The notes under the pieces: generated by a model | What the model was told of the DNA's origin: nothing | The model's database searches: none | The model's input: only the letters and a program-made list of their open reading frames with translations | Position numbers and translations under genes: made by a program | In this document: positions 63,701 to 64,000 of the stretch, one piece after another | Position numbering within the stretch: the first letter of the stretch is position 1 | How the letters are laid out: each line of letters begins with the position of its first letter | From: Antedon mediterranea | Lineage: Eukaryota; Animalia; Echinodermata | Assembly: GCF_964355755.1 (NCBI RefSeq) | Contig: NC_092670.1 | Span: forward strand, 33,220,388-33,284,387 | DNA: 64,000 nucleotides | Direction of reading: 5' to 3'

Positions 63701-64000
63701 CTCGTTCTGGTAATCTCGGAAGCACTCACTGAGCTAGCTACTGAGGGTACTCCTCGCAAAGACCTTCTAAACCTGTCATGACGACTGAATATGTTCGGAG
63801 TTGCTTCTGATTTTATAGAAGAATTTGGTGATAAATCGATCATGAAGATATTTAACATCGAAGCTAAAACTGGACACCAAACAACGATGTCACAAGGCTG
63901 CGTAGACAAGACGACCTCGTTGACATACTGGTTCATTTTTGCGATTGGTTCTTGTGGTTTACTTTTCGACCGATACAATCTCTTTTTGACGGATTTGCTT
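30493..64000 (-). CDS. VPS13B: Vacuolar protein sorting 13B (Cohen syndrome gene orthologue), 3' portion, 32 exons; 5' part lies beyond the window
   Basis: Exons in transcript order with a consistent phase chain: 63467-64000+, 62711-62926, 62379-62493, 61219-61996, 60693-60830, 59948-60127, 54070-54270, 53675-53946, 53434-53551, 52230-52414, 51452-51633, 49200-49372, 48790-48926, 48124-48327, 47343-47513, 46871-47026, 46305-46568, 46032-46112, 44795-44970, 44172-44357, 41710-41962, 41270-41434, 37758-37898, 36977-37219, 36586-36760, 35075-36400, 34720-34896, 34425-34595, 33995-34165, 33500-33602, 32717-32966, 30493-30771 (TGA). Recognised VPS13B motifs: [124 protein letters not shown] and KNRLLGKGF. 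Confidence 0.95.
30870..32560. repeat. Low-complexity degenerate minisatellite (CAAACCATCACCACCACT)n in the last VPS13B intron
   Basis: About 17-18-nt degenerate units made almost only of C, A and T on the + strand, with higher-order duplications. Generates spurious His/Thr/Pro ORFs. Confidence 0.92.
35075..36400 (-). CDS. VPS13B: VPS13B large exon (1326 nt)
   Basis: ORF 34938..36386 core, [15 protein letters not shown] and [11 protein letters not shown]|gt. Phase 1-1. Confidence 0.93.
38385..41225 (+). mobile_element. L2-clade LINE (5'-truncated, intronic, antisense to VPS13B), split by a DNA transposon
   Basis: [62 protein letters not shown] and [13 protein letters not shown]2-type 3' end (GTGAAGCGC...GCGCTATACAAG) and (AAT)n tail. 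Confidence 0.92.
39284..40134. mobile_element. Non-autonomous TIR DNA transposon with 2-bp AT TSD (ISL2EU/Harbinger-related)
   Basis: TIR AGAGAGAAATGGCGAACC / GGTTCGCCATTTCTCTCT. Removing it plus one AT restores the L2 frame NVTIGETNSE. Confidence 0.88.
42092..42133 (-). ncRNA. Variant minimal hammerhead ribozyme (inverted pLTR copy, sense to the VPS13B pre-mRNA)
   Basis: Exact reverse complement of 43689-43730. Confidence 0.7.
43689..43730 (+). ncRNA. Variant minimal type I hammerhead ribozyme (A3:U8 core, loop-less palindromic stem III)
   Basis: ACTC ATGATTA A GCTG-CGTCGTTGAC-CAGC GAAA GC TA GAGT. Stem I ACTC/GAGT and stem II GCTG/CAGC lie at the usual pLTR position at the ORF end. Confidence 0.72.
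45000..45149. mobile_element. PIF/Harbinger-like MITE
   Basis: AGCTCT..TACACTAT / ATAGTGTAGACAGAGCT TIRs, TTA TSD. Same family as 51207-51365. Confidence 0.8.
45170..45275 (-). mobile_element. Short HINE-like element related to 20423-21128
   Basis: AACAAGGCCA...CCGACCGACCAACATAGTGAGCTATAGAGTCACGTTGCACGCGA matches both ends of the 20.4-21.1 kb element. Confidence 0.65.
49495..50787 (+). mobile_element. Helentron/HINE-like non-autonomous element containing a tRNA-derived segment
   Basis: 5' hairpin TTATCCGCC-TCA-GGCGGATAA, subterminal IR TTGGTTATCCGCC / GGCGGATAACCAA (50743-50755), 3' hairpin AACTCGTC..GACGAGTT and CTAG end. B-box GGTTCGAATCCC near 50620. Confidence 0.75.
50800..50985 (-). 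mobile_element. RTE-clade LINE 3' end
   Basis: [24 protein letters not shown]....[10 protein letters not shown] followed by an (ATG)n tail. Confidence 0.75.
51207..51365. mobile_element. PIF/Harbinger-like MITE
   Basis: TIR AGCTCTGTCTACACTAT / ATAGTGTAGACAGAGCT, flanks TGA/TAA. Confidence 0.82.
51946..52160. mobile_element. Kolobok-like MITE (TTAA TSD)
   Basis: TTAA|AAATGTATTTGTCTCCC ... GGGGACAATATATCT|TTAA. Related ends at about 15930, 23517 and 57209. Confidence 0.65.
52465..53118 (+). repeat. Meta-like SINE whose 3' half has expanded into five 102-bp tandem units
   Basis: SINE core GGAATAAGGACTATAAAC..GCACTTTTAAGAACC, then units starting CCTAGTACATC at 52601, 52703, 52805, 52907 and 53009 (partial unit at 53111). 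Confidence 0.88.
55030..55620 (+). mobile_element. Degenerate LINE 3' end with AT-rich tail (clade uncertain)
   Basis: C/T-rich remnant with an RT C-terminus-like reading ([10 protein letters not shown]) ending in an (ATT/AAT)n tail. Confidence 0.45.
56701..57223. mobile_element. Kolobok-like non-autonomous element
   Basis: TTAA|GGATTGTCCC ... GGGACAATACATCT|TTAA. Confidence 0.6.
57920..59451 (+). CDS. Secreted collagen-C1q domain protein (C1q/TNF-related family), nested antisense in VPS13B intron 54271-59947
   Basis: Coding exons 57920-58184, 58406-58543, 58647-58733 and 59003-59451, all GT-AG with phase-1 introns, total 939 nt = 312 aa. Signal peptide [17 protein letters not shown], CxxCC motif, Gly-X-Y repeats, and a gC1q domain (SAFSVA, F...[42 protein letters not shown]). 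Confidence 0.95.
61219..61996 (-). CDS. VPS13B: VPS13B exon ending in a GC donor
   Basis: [15 protein letters not shown]...[13 protein letters not shown] then G|GCAAGT. 778 nt, phase 0 to 1, matching the phase-1 acceptor at 60830. Confidence 0.88.
63008..63459. mobile_element. MITE with about 29-bp TIRs and an internal direct repeat of about 75 bp
   Basis: AGAACTTATAACACAAGAATCTCCTGTTC (63011) / GAACAGGAGATTCTTGTGTTATAAGTTCT (to 63456). CATAGA-like terminus suggests EnSpm/CMC type. TSD not clear. Confidence 0.8.
63467..64000 (-). CDS. VPS13B: VPS13B exon (open at the window edge)
   Basis: [48 protein letters not shown], donor AG|GTTAG at 63467. Confidence 0.9.

Overview
AT-rich, intron-containing animal genomic DNA, probably a marine invertebrate (echinoderm-like, inferred only from repeat and gene content). 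The right half (30493-64000) is the 3' part of VPS13B on the minus strand. I traced 32 exons with an unbroken phase chain, one junction of which needs a GC-AG intron. A complete collagen-C1q gene is nested antisense in one VPS13B intron. The left half is a tandem cluster of three secreted C-type lectin paralogues (minus strand, at least one probably decaying) among many mobile elements. These include three L1/Tx1 LINE copies, a Naiad-type Penelope element, a non-autonomous Helitron family (4 copies with both termini plus a fragment), Helentron/HINE-like elements, Harbinger-, Kolobok-, Ginger- and ISL2EU-like MITEs, and SINEs, one of them a composite 5S+tRNA+CORE-like SINE. The most notable non-obvious signals are: (i) hammerhead ribozymes in both Penelope elements, one canonical and one with an A3:U8 core covariation and a loop-less stem III, the latter present in both arms of a 198-bp inverted repeat about 35 nt from a VPS13B splice acceptor; (ii) a Helitron 3' terminus built as a GCGAAGC-capped hairpin that includes the terminal CTAG, with an in-window empty site; (iii) a GC-rich structured RNA with a cUUCGg tetraloop after the L1 ORF2. 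I found no CRISPR array or prokaryotic system. All calls were read by eye with no database searches.
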